IMG/VR virus record: IMGVR_UViG_2547132035_000002
DNA: 64,000 bases
Strand: one strand, 5' to 3'
From: a virus
Lineage: Duplodnaviria > Heunggongvirae > Uroviricota > Caudoviricetes
The notes under the pieces were generated by a model. That model worked only from the letters and a program-made list of their open reading frames with translations, did not search any database and was not told the DNA's origin. Below, piece after piece: positions 29,297 through 38,176 of this stretch. Every line of letters starts with the position of its first letter. Within the stretch, counting starts at the first letter, position 1. The position numbers were made by a program, and so were the translations under genes.

Positions 29297-29332
29297 CCCA
29301 TATGTAGGTTCAAATCCTACTATGAGCACCAA
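29297..29332 (+). other. tRNA 3' fragment (T-arm plus acceptor 3' strand plus CCA, with no 5' half)
   Basis: gtagg ttcaaat cctac tatgagc a cca, with no complementary 5' acceptor upstream. Confidence 0.4.
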
Positions 29333-29607
29333 ATATTATTTAGGATATAAATTGTTTTTGCTGATAACATATTCTAAAATTTTCCTCTACAGGTATAAGG
29401 TATATAAATATCCATGTAAAACCTTATTCAAAAAATTCTTTTCAGTTCATCAAACTTCTGATATTGGCATGGTAAGTCAGAATACTGAAAAGCACTCCAG
29501 AATATATATGGCAGATGCCAGCAGGGGTTTTTAAGGAGTATTGATTTATTTTAACTAGTTTTTAAAAGGCTACTATAAAGCCTTTAGATGGACGAGAGAG
29601 GTGTTAT

Positions 29608-30687
29608 ATGATAACAAATATTAAAGAGTTAAATCTGTCACCGACATATTCAGATGGTTTTTTGTATAAGGAAAAATATTATAATAACCTTGAAGAAGCT
29701 TTTCATGGAAAACATCTTCGAGAAAATGTAGAGGAAACTATAGACAATTATAATAAATTAAGTAGTATGTTTACAAAAGACTCATTTATAAAATCAGAGA
29801 TTTTGATGGATAAGTTAAAAACACTTTTTTATGTTACATCACCAGAAGATATGGAAAATTTATTTGTTAATAATAATTGGCAAGATGTTTTAAAGTTTTA
29901 TATTGAAAATATTTTCTTGAAAAAGGATATTTATGTCAATCATATTGATAAAGTAGCTAACGTTTTAAATGAAATATATAGAGAAAAAACAATTCAGTTA
30001 TATCGTACAACCGATTTTACATCTGAGCCTATATTTATTAATAATAAAAATGTCACAGAAGAATACATAAATATTATTATTGATGTTCTTAATCAAAAGA
30101 AAATGAAAGCAAAGCCTTTGAAAGAAATAAAAGAGTATGAGGATATTAAAAAACTTATAAATAATTATTTTTTGAATTATGAAATTATCTATAACTATAA
30201 TGGAGTTGAGGACACTTGTTCTTCTTTATGTGAATTAGATGAAAATAAAAAATATGATTATATCATTTTATTTCCTCTAAAATTAGATGATAAAGAAAAA
30301 AGACTTTTTACATTTAGTAACTATGTAAACCCAATAATTATTTATTTAGCAGGAAGATATGAGCCTAATTTTCAAATACGCAAAGTATTACAGATTTGTT
30401 GTTATGAAAGTGCAAATAAAAAAATATATAAAAAAATCATTAAAAAAGCCACTATAGATGAATTTAAAGATAGTCTTATTAGTGGAAATGTTATTATAAA
30501 CAAAACTTTGAAGAGTAATATTTCAATTTCACGAGAAGATAATTTAGTTTCTCAGATGAAACAAGATTATGAAATAGAATTGAAAAACAATGAAGAAAAA
30601 GTCAATTTGGACAAAAGTTGGTGCTCTGATTATGGAGGAGAATTATATTTTACTGATGATTCAAAACTTCAATGGGTCATTAAATGA
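29608..30687 (+). CDS. hypothetical protein embedded in the tRNA array
   Basis: 359-aa ORF with RBS gagagagg and no recognisable domain; preceded by hairpin aaggctactataaagcctt. Confidence 0.5.
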   Translation: MITNIKELNLSPTYSDGFLYKEKYYNNLEEAFHGKHLRENVEETIDNYNKLSSMFTKDSFIKSEILMDKLKTLFYVTSPEDMENLFVNNNWQDVLKFYIENIFLKKDIYVNHIDKVANVLNEIYREKTIQLYRTTDFTSEPIFINNKNVTEEYINIIIDVLNQKKMKAKPLKEIKEYEDIKKLINNYFLNYEIIYNYNGVEDTCSSLCELDENKKYDYIILFPLKLDDKEKRLFTFSNYVNPIIIYLAGRYEPNFQIRKVLQICCYESANKKIYKKIIKKATIDEFKDSLISGNVIINKTLKSNISISREDNLVSQMKQDYEIELKNNEEKVNLDKSWCSDYGGELYFTDDSKLQWVIK

Positions 30688-30731
30688 AAATATAAAGTTA
30701 AAATATTGTAAAACAAAAAGAAAATATTTGC

Positions 30732-30805
30732 GACCTCGTGGCAGAATGGCTATGCAATAGGCTGCAACCCTATTTATACCAGTTCAAGTCTGGTCGAGGC
30801 CTCCA
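30732..30805 (+). tRNA. tRNA-Cys (GCA)
   Basis: Anticodon stem atagg/cctat with loop ctGCAac, T-arm accag ttcaagt ctggt, CCA; one A2xC71 mismatch. Confidence 0.55.
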
Positions 30806-30813
30806 AAAAACAT

Positions 30814-30888
30814 ACCCAATTAGTCTAATGGATAAAACAGATGGCTACGAACCATCAATTATAGGTTCGATTCCTATATTGGGTACCA
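30814..30888 (+). tRNA. tRNA-Arg (ACG)
   Basis: Anticodon stem gatgg/ccatc with loop ctACGaa, T-arm atagg ttcgatt cctat, CCA. Confidence 0.65.
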
Positions 30889-30913
30889 TCATTCATATCC
30901 TATTTCCTCTTAT

Positions 30914-31234
30914 TTATTTTTTTGTATCCATTTTCACTATGTAAAGAATATGAGAAGATAAATAAAGATTGTAACAAGCATCTTGAAGATATTTTTCATC
31001 TGTTATGAGATAATTTTCTTTTGCCTTAATATCTTGTTTTATCTTCCATAATGCAACCTTGCCTGCACCCTTCAAATTGCAAAGGAGTTTTGCTGTCCTA
31101 AGACCAGTGACTTCTAAATCTGTATAAGTTACAATCTTTAAGGTAAGACTTTTGGAGAATTTGAAGGGTATTGAAACGAAACCATTTTGGTAGCAATACT
31201 CCAATACATAACTTTCTTTTTTCTCTTTCCACAT
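30914..31234 (-). CDS. hypothetical protein
   Basis: 106-aa ORF downstream of the flotillin gene. Confidence 0.4.
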   Translation of the reverse strand: MWKEKKESYVLEYCYQNGFVSIPFKFSKSLTLKIVTYTDLEVTGLRTAKLLCNLKGAGKVALWKIKQDIKAKENYLITDEKYLQDACYNLYLSSHILYIVKMDTKK

Positions 31235-31268
31235 TTTTGAACCTCATATTTTATTAAAAAGAGAGGTA

Positions 31269-32726
31269 TTAATCCTCTCTCTTATCATTACTCATTTTTT
31301 CCAATGCTTTCACTCCAACTAATGACCCAAGAATCTGATTAAGATTTAAGCCCAACCCTTGTTCCATTCCTGTATTTACTTGATGAGTTGTCTTCATGAC
31401 ATCCTCAATCAGTTTTGCGCTATTCCCTTCACCATACATTGTAATGTTGCCAATCTTTTCAAGTGGTTTGGCTGCCGCTTCAACTGCTTTTGGCCATGCA
31501 TTGAAGTACATTTCTGCAATTGCTGCTTCGCCATATTTTTTCATCGCTTCAGCTTTTTTATCTAATGCTTCAGCTTCAGCAATACCTTTGGCTTCAATAG
31601 CCTTGGCTTCTGCTTCCCCTTTTGCACGGATACCTGAGGCTTCCTGCTCCATTTGATATTTTAAGGCTTCAGCTTGTGCTTTCTTGGCTTGAGCTTCTTT
31701 TTCCTGCTCAAATTTCCACGCTTCTGCATTTTGCTGACGTGCATATAAATCAGCCTCTGCTCTTTGCTGTGCAGCAAATTTTTCTGCTTCAGCTTGCTTC
31801 TTGATTTTTGCATCAAGTTCCTGTTCTGTAACTTCAACGTCTTTACGTCTCAATTCAATTTCTTTTTCCTGTCTCATAATATTTGCGTCAGCTGTTGCAA
31901 TTTCAATTGCTTTACGAGACTGTTCCTGCTGAATTGTATATGCTGCATCTGCTTCAGCTTGTTTTGCATCTGCAGTCTTCTTTAATTCAGCTTTTTTGAT
32001 AGCTAATTCATTATTCTTTTCTGCAATGATTGTTTCAGCAGCAATTTTTGCATCATTTGCTTCTTGGAATGCTTTTGACTGAGCCTGAGCAATATCTCTT
32101 TCACTCACAGCACGAGAAATTGCTGCATTTTTTTGAATCTTTACAATATTGTCAACCCCAAGATTTTCAATAACACCATTACCATCAACAAAATTCTGAA
32201 CATTAAACGAAACAATATCCAAACCCATCTTTGCCAAATCAGGTTCAGCATTCTCCTTTACCAATTCAGCAAACTTCTGTCTATCGGAAACCATTTCCTC
32301 AAGATTCATACGTCCTACGATTTCACGCATATTCCCTTCCAAAACTTCTCTTGCAACATTGGCAATATAATCAACTCTCTTATTCAAGAAGTTCTGTGCA
32401 GCTAATCCTAAACGTTCACTGTTATCACTAATCTTGACATTGACTGCTGCATCTACATTAATGTTGATATAGTCAGCAGTTGGTACAGCACTAGACGTTT
32501 TGACATCAATGGGAATTAACTGTAAATTCAATTCATCTTTCTTCTCTAGAAATGGAATTTTAATTCCTGCTTTCCCAATTAAAACCTTTGGTTGTTTTCT
32601 CAGTCCTGAAATAATATACGCAGTGTCTGGTGATGCCTTGACATATCCTGTCAATACAATCACTAAAATAAGAGCTCCTACTAAAACACTTGTAATCACT
32701 CCAGTATTCATTAAAAAATCTAACAT
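31269..32726 (-). CDS. flotillin-like SPFH/band-7 protein (FloT/YuaG-like)
   Basis: N-terminal TM segment, SPFH core, then long Ala/Glu/Lys-rich coiled-coil repeats (AEAEAKAIEAKGIAEAEA...) typical of the flotillin domain. Confidence 0.75.
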   Translation of the reverse strand: MLDFLMNTGVITSVLVGALILVIVLTGYVKASPDTAYIISGLRKQPKVLIGKAGIKIPFLEKKDELNLQLIPIDVKTSSAVPTADYININVDAAVNVKISDNSERLGLAAQNFLNKRVDYIANVAREVLEGNMREIVGRMNLEEMVSDRQKFAELVKENAEPDLAKMGLDIVSFNVQNFVDGNGVIENLGVDNIVKIQKNAAISRAVSERDIAQAQSKAFQEANDAKIAAETIIAEKNNELAIKKAELKKTADAKQAEADAAYTIQQEQSRKAIEIATADANIMRQEKEIELRRKDVEVTEQELDAKIKKQAEAEKFAAQQRAEADLYARQQNAEAWKFEQEKEAQAKKAQAEALKYQMEQEASGIRAKGEAEAKAIEAKGIAEAEALDKKAEAMKKYGEAAIAEMYFNAWPKAVEAAAKPLEKIGNITMYGEGNSAKLIEDVMKTTHQVNTGMEQGLGLNLNQILGSLVGVKALEKMSNDKRED

Positions 32727-33045
32727 AATCTACCTCCTTTCTTTTTATTCAATTGTTTCATTCTTATTTGTTAAACTTTCTTATTTCATGTCTTCACCTC
32801 AAAAAAAGAATGCAGACAGGTGCATTCTTTTTTTATATGCTTTGTCATTTATTTGCACCTGTCCTTTCTTTATGAGTCTATTATATCATTTATTTGTTAT
32901 TTTTACAATAATTTTTTATATATATTTATGAAAACAACAAATATTTATCTGTTTTCCCTCTGCTGTCATTATATAAAGAAAAAGACATACCTCATTTGAT
33001 ACGTCTTTTCCTTATCATAATATAATATTTATAAACTATGGAACT

Positions 33046-33306
33046 TTATTCTACATAATTGCATCTTTCAATCTTTACTTTATCAGAATGTTTCCATCCA
33101 ATTGCTCTTGTCTTTGCCTGACACATTGGACAGCTGCAATGGATTTTACTTTTAGCAAGTCTATGTGTTTGCCCATTTGTGAATTCCTCTAAAACTCCCT
33201 CACCATAACTATCCAAAATCTTTTTCTTTCTTTCAATAATCCTGAATTCATTCTTTCTAGAAACTGCTCTATTATGTCTTTTTTCAGTATATGACATTGT
33301 CTTCAC
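33046..33306 (-). CDS. hypothetical basic protein with a HCSCPMC motif
   Basis: 86-aa ORF. Confidence 0.35.
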   Translation of the reverse strand: MKTMSYTEKRHNRAVSRKNEFRIIERKKKILDSYGEGVLEEFTNGQTHRLAKSKIHCSCPMCQAKTRAIGWKHSDKVKIERCNYVE

Positions 33307-33461
33307 CTCACTGAATACTTATAAAAATCGTGAAAAGAAAGCCATTCACCTCTCCAAGTGAACAGCCAATATTATACAGGTCCTCTCACGATTTCCATAA
33401 TTCTATTTTACCATAGATTATTAGGATAAAGAAAAATAGAACTGTTGTATTCTATCATGAT

Positions 33462-33671
33462 TTATATAATATAGATTTCACCTTTAACGATTTCATCATT
33501 ATATAGCCCATTATAATAAATAATCTTTTTATCAGTTACATAATAGATTTCCAAATCATTAATCTTGTTAAGAATTATTTTTTTATGTTTTAAGGAATCC
33601 TTAACTTCCTTAATGATTCTGCTTTCTTCAATATTGAATCCATTACTCTGTATTTCTAGTTTATATTTCAT
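33462..33671 (-). CDS. hypothetical protein
   Basis: 69-aa ORF. Confidence 0.3.
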   Translation of the reverse strand: MKYKLEIQSNGFNIEESRIIKEVKDSLKHKKIILNKINDLEIYYVTDKKIIYYNGLYNDEIVKGEIYII

Positions 33672-33698
33672 TATCTCACCTCCGTTCTTTTATTCTTT

Positions 33699-34301
33699 TT
33701 ACTCTTTTAAACTCCTTATAAATACTTTCAGCAATCTTTCATCATATTGAGAAGATTCTTCCAATAATCTCTGAATAGCCTCTTGCGTCGTTAGTGTTTG
33801 CTTGTAGCATCTTTGAGATGTTAAAGCATCATAACTATCTACAATTGCAACTATTTTTGCTTCTAAAGGGATAGTATCTCCCTTTAAATTCTGCAAATAT
33901 CCACTCCCATTATTTCTTTCATGATGATATAAGACAATATTTTGGCAAACGCTTGCAAAATCAAAATCTTCATCTGTTTTACAGTATTTAAAAAGATTAC
34001 AGAGATAATATGTTCCATATTGAGTATGATTTTGAATAATCTGATATTCCCTATTTGTTAATGTTTTCTTTTTTGAAAGAATTTCCAAAGGAATAGCAAG
34101 TTTCCTTATATCATGAACAAGAGCCGCCAATTCAACATGAAACTTAAATAAATCAGTTAAGTTTAACGAAGGGATATCCTTGTCCAATCTCTCAACAAAT
34201 CTTTTTATATACATTGACACATTTTCTGAATGGTCGTTGAAAAAGTTTTTTTGAGAAGTGACAAGATGATTAAATTCATCTTCAACAGCTTTTGATATCA
34301 T
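33699..34301 (-). CDS. HD-GYP-type phosphohydrolase domain protein (GYP replaced by GYL)
   Basis: HD motif (LVHDIRK) plus LYHHERNNGSGYLQNL and IVAIVDSYDALTSQRCYK match the HD-GYP signature HHExxDGSGYP...D. Confidence 0.6.
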   Translation of the reverse strand: MISKAVEDEFNHLVTSQKNFFNDHSENVSMYIKRFVERLDKDIPSLNLTDLFKFHVELAALVHDIRKLAIPLEILSKKKTLTNREYQIIQNHTQYGTYYLCNLFKYCKTDEDFDFASVCQNIVLYHHERNNGSGYLQNLKGDTIPLEAKIVAIVDSYDALTSQRCYKQTLTTQEAIQRLLEESSQYDERLLKVFIRSLKE

Positions 34302-34495
34302 TTAAAAATCACCTCATTAAGATACTTTAGTACCTTTTATTTATTTAAATTTATAATACTTAACTTATTACTTTCTTTTGCAAAGTATAAAATCATATAA
34401 AAACCTGTTACATATTTACAATTTCTTTAAATCATGCTACATTTATATTATAAATCAACTCTTATTTCAAGAGTTTCAAAAGGGAGGAATGTATT

Positions 34496-35299
34496 ATGAA
34501 GCTCAGTTTTAAGAATTTTTTTGTTGGGGTATCAATTTTAGCATTAACTTTTGCTGCTATAAATGTAACCCCAGTATTCGCAGCAGATTTAGATGATATT
34601 TATGAAAAAGAAATATCTGAATCTATTATTGCTGGTGACGGAAGTGCTGAAAACCCTTATATTTTAAATGAAGAAACCTCGCCGATGTTTACACAGTATT
34701 TAGAAGAAAAGGGTAAAGAAGCTATAGTGTCTTTACAAGTTCCAACAGTATCAACATTTGGTTTATTTGATGGCATTTTAAGTGGTACATCTCACGGAAC
34801 TGCACCAAATGGTGCCTATTGGAAATATACGAGTGGAGCACCAAATGTTAATAGTAATGGTAATGTATGGATGAAAAGTGTTGAATATATGACTTACAAT
34901 GAAGTAAAAAATATGGTGGCAGGGTTTAATTCAAGTTCATATGTTTCAGTGTTTAAAGGTAGTATTACAGAAATTGCTGGATGGAGCTTAACTAAAGCTG
35001 TTAATCATCTTATAAACAAAGGAATACAAAAGAGTATAGCAACAGCTTTTGCAACTTGGCTTGGTTGCGGAACAACTTTTATTGGTGCATATCTTATATT
35101 AGAAGAATACAGTACTTTTACGAAACAAAGACCATATATAAGAGCCCATGAAGCTGGTGTAGGACTTATTCATGCAGCATATAATACTTCTTATCAAGGA
35201 AAATGGTATGGTCATTCTGCATCTGATTTATGGCCAACTTATCCAATTGCTAAAGACCCTGGAATAATGTATGGAAAAGGAACTTATGTGAAAAAATGA
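34496..35299 (+). CDS. secreted hypothetical protein
   Basis: Signal peptide MKLSFKNFFVGVSILALTFAAINVTPVFA. Confidence 0.5.
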   Translation: MKLSFKNFFVGVSILALTFAAINVTPVFAADLDDIYEKEISESIIAGDGSAENPYILNEETSPMFTQYLEEKGKEAIVSLQVPTVSTFGLFDGILSGTSHGTAPNGAYWKYTSGAPNVNSNGNVWMKSVEYMTYNEVKNMVAGFNSSSYVSVFKGSITEIAGWSLTKAVNHLINKGIQKSIATAFATWLGCGTTFIGAYLILEEYSTFTKQRPYIRAHEAGVGLIHAAYNTSYQGKWYGHSASDLWPTYPIAKDPGIMYGKGTYVKK

Positions 35300-35583
35300 T
35301 ATTTTACTTTTTAATTGAAACCATTACTTTATTATTAATCTTTATTAATATTCTAAAACTTATTAAAAAAAATGATTTAAAAAAATACATTATATTTATT
35401 GAGGGAGGATTAATAGTTTCTTTTATTTCAATATATTTGTTTGTATATTTCAATGGATATCTTCCTCATATCACAGAAGAATTAAATAAAAATGGATTTT
35501 TATATCCTTTTCATTTAATTTCTATTCTCGTGTGGGTAGTTTTAAATAGTATTATTCTTCATAAGCAAAAAAAAAATAAATAG
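35296..35583 (+). CDS. small membrane protein, translationally coupled to the upstream gene
   Basis: ATGA overlap; three hydrophobic helices. Confidence 0.4.
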   Translation: MIFYFLIETITLLLIFINILKLIKKNDLKKYIIFIEGGLIVSFISIYLFVYFNGYLPHITEELNKNGFLYPFHLISILVWVVLNSIILHKQKKNK

Positions 35584-35951
35584 AATCTTACTCTATAAAT
35601 GAATATCATTTATAGAGTCTTTTTTATTTCTAATTCACTTAAATCTAAGTATTGAAATATAAATATATTGCGAACTTTCCTATGAACCCTAACTCTTCAA
35701 GTGTCTAACATAGGCTTTTCCAAGTTTTTCTTCTGTTTCTCAATTGATATGAGTCATTGTCCCCTATTGCCTTTTACGTCGGTCTCATGTTACTGGCACA
35801 ACTTCGCAGATACATAAGTTCTTTTGTTATGACTGATTTAAAATTTACCTTCTTTGATTATATCTGATAAAGTTATTGTTCTCTTGTATTGTGAAATCAC
35901 TTATGGGCACAAAATGCCCAGATGTCTTTTCATTATAATAAATTTCTTCTT

Positions 35952-36026
35952 TGGTGTGAAAGACGGGAGTCGAACCCGTATAGTTGGAGCCACAATCCAC
36001 CGCACTACCATTGTGCTACAATCACC
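35952..36026 (-). tRNA. tRNA-His (GTG), atypical
   Basis: The minus strand reads G-1 then gtgattg ta gcac aatggta gtgc, anticodon loop ttGTGgc, T-arm ccggg ttcgact cccgt, ctttcac a cca. Two UxU mismatches in the acceptor stem and A73 instead of C73. Confidence 0.45.
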
Positions 36027-36115
36027 ATCATTATTTTATAAAGCAACACGCAAAAAGTGAGTGTTCGTCATAAAATATTTGGTAGGAGATGCTAATATTT
36101 CTATAGAAAATATCA

Positions 36116-36397
36116 ATGAAAAATAAATATGTTAGGAAATGGCTGCAATTTTGGTTTGTATTTGGCTTATTATTACTTATTTTATTTTTGATGAGATACA
36201 ATATATTTCTTATTTTTATAGGCCCAATGGGGATTGTTCATGGATGTTTTATAGCCTATATATGGAAAGATTATAAAAGTAGGTGGATAGATTGTGGTGT
36301 GAATAAAGAAGTGATATATATATTGAGTATGCCATATTATATATACTATATCAGCGTAATTGTAGGAAGTTTTGTGTTTTTTAGGAGGATTTTATGA
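36116..36397 (+). CDS. small membrane protein
   Basis: 93-aa ORF with three predicted TM helices, followed by a terminator hairpin at 36383-36412. Confidence 0.35.
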   Translation: MKNKYVRKWLQFWFVFGLLLLILFLMRYNIFLIFIGPMGIVHGCFIAYIWKDYKSRWIDCGVNKEVIYILSMPYYIYYISVIVGSFVFFRRIL

Positions 36398-36526
36398 GAA
36401 TCCTCTTTTTTTGCTGCTAAAAGGTTGAGTTTCTTGTTATTTTGCTTTGTTTGTTTGATTTTCAATTGTTGAATTTTGTATAATGATGACAGAGATTTGT
36501 GAGAAGTTAAAGAAAGGAATGATACA

Positions 36527-37786
36527 ATGAGCAAAAGAAAGAATCCAAAGAAACAATTAAAAAATGAACAGATAAATCTGAAACAAAAAGGTGAACCCAC
36601 TTCTCAAGAAATGGAAGAAGACAAAAAAGTAAAATTGGCTGAAAATCCAGAAAAGGGTGAGACAAACACCCCCGCTGAGGATAAGTTACAGAAGAAATAT
36701 CCTTTTTTGTTTTTCTTTTTAAAGAATGCAACGAGTTTTGGGGCTATATTTGCAATTACTGTTGGTATCTTTCCATGGTTAATGGGGTATTTTAATCAAA
36801 TTATGACAGAGGGATACTGTGAATATTTGGGACTAAATAATATTCCTTTAAATGTTGAAGTTTCTTCGTACTGGAGTAATTTGATTGTTGGCCTGTCGGT
36901 TTGTTTTATAATTTTTATAGAAGCAATTATTATGTATAAATTTAAGAATAAATTAGTATATAAGGTTATATTTTTCCCCTGTGTGTTCATGGAGATAACA
37001 TTACTTTTTATTATTTGTACTTTGATATTTTATGGGAATACAGGAACTATTGAAATAATTCAATTCATAATAAAACCAATTGTTATATTTCTTATTATGA
37101 TATTATGTTATTTTGGTTATATTGTTTTTATAGCACAAAAAAATATTGTAATAAGAAGTTGTTGTACAATAGCCATTATTATTGGTATGACTGTGTGGTT
37201 TATATATAGTTTAAAACAAATTGAAGCTCAAGGATGGTTAAGTATTAGTTTTATAATTTCATATATTATTTATATACCTTACTTTGTTGATGGATTAGAT
37301 AGGCTAGGTTACTTAAATAAAGGTAAAAAAGTCACTCAAAAAAAAGAAGTTAATCAAGATAATCAAGATGAAGAAGAAAAAAAGGAAGATGTAGATAATA
37401 AAATGCAAATAAAAACATTTCTTTATCTTGTATCTTCTATACTTATTATTTTCGCAATGACATGTTATTTTATCTACAGTATGTCATCTTTGCTAGATAA
37501 TTTCTATAATAAAGGAATAGATATCCTTCTTGATGAAGAAATACATCATATTATTGAAGAAAATCAAGAAAACAAATATTTGTTATTAGAAAATAAAAAC
37601 AATGAAAAAATCATTATGAAAATAATTGACACAAAAATGATAAAGAGTGATGACGAAGAGAGCGAAATCAAAACATATTTTGTAGAGAAAGGTGAATTTG
37701 CTTACCTAACTGATTATAACAAAGTACCAATTAAGACTGAAAAATGTAAAATAGATGTGAAAGAAAATGAAAGGGTTAAAAAATAA
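36527..37786 (+). CDS. polytopic membrane protein with charged N- and C-terminal regions
   Basis: 419-aa ORF with about 8 hydrophobic helices; promoter ttgaat...tgtataat upstream. Confidence 0.5.
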   Translation: MSKRKNPKKQLKNEQINLKQKGEPTSQEMEEDKKVKLAENPEKGETNTPAEDKLQKKYPFLFFFLKNATSFGAIFAITVGIFPWLMGYFNQIMTEGYCEYLGLNNIPLNVEVSSYWSNLIVGLSVCFIIFIEAIIMYKFKNKLVYKVIFFPCVFMEITLLFIICTLIFYGNTGTIEIIQFIIKPIVIFLIMILCYFGYIVFIAQKNIVIRSCCTIAIIIGMTVWFIYSLKQIEAQGWLSISFIISYIIYIPYFVDGLDRLGYLNKGKKVTQKKEVNQDNQDEEEKKEDVDNKMQIKTFLYLVSSILIIFAMTCYFIYSMSSLLDNFYNKGIDILLDEEIHHIIEENQENKYLLLENKNNEKIIMKIIDTKMIKSDDEESEIKTYFVEKGEFAYLTDYNKVPIKTEKCKIDVKENERVKK

Positions 37787-37853
37787 GTAATGAAATACAC
37801 CTACTTATAACCATTTAAGAAATTAAGAATAAGACATATAATCTTAAATATAA

Positions 37854-37882
37854 TTGACTAAAAACAAATTATATGTTATAAT
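37854..37882 (+). promoter_or_regulatory. conserved-family promoter (TTGACTA-N7-ATTATATGTTATAAT)
   Basis: ttgact a aaaacaa attatatgt tataat. Confidence 0.5.
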
Positions 37883-38176
37883 AGTTATGCAATGAAAAGA
37901 GATTAATCGCTGGACGTGGTTCTTTTTTCAAATTTATTGTTATTTCAATAAATTTATATATGATAGCTTCCTTTTATTTTGTAAAGAAGACATTTTGCAG
38001 AAAAAGAACTTTATTGCTATCGGATTGTTCAGCTGTGGGCGAACTTCTTTTCTATTATGTTGTAGCATCCTTTTGATTCAAAATCTTGTAAATATGAAGG
38101 GAAAAGAAGAACTGCTACAAGATTGCTCACATGGAGTCTTTGACTCCTCTTTTTTTAAATTAATGGAGGTGCAGAT

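Noticed and set aside
26847-30944. ORFs 26847..27062(-), 27646..27879(-), 28922..29119(-), 29150..29332(-), 29322..29534(+) and 30738..30944(+) overlapping the tRNA array
   Set aside because: They lie on or antisense to well-folded tRNA genes, lack RBSs, and their peptides show low-complexity composition. They are artefacts of the six-frame scan.
31359-32931. Plus-strand ORFs inside or antisense to the flotillin gene (31359..31565, 31396..31656, 31622..31804, 31764..31985, 32133..32405, 32231..32431, 32500..32931)
   Set aside because: These are antisense reading frames through the GCT/GAA-rich repeat region. They have no RBSs and are out-competed by a strongly motif-supported minus-strand flotillin gene.
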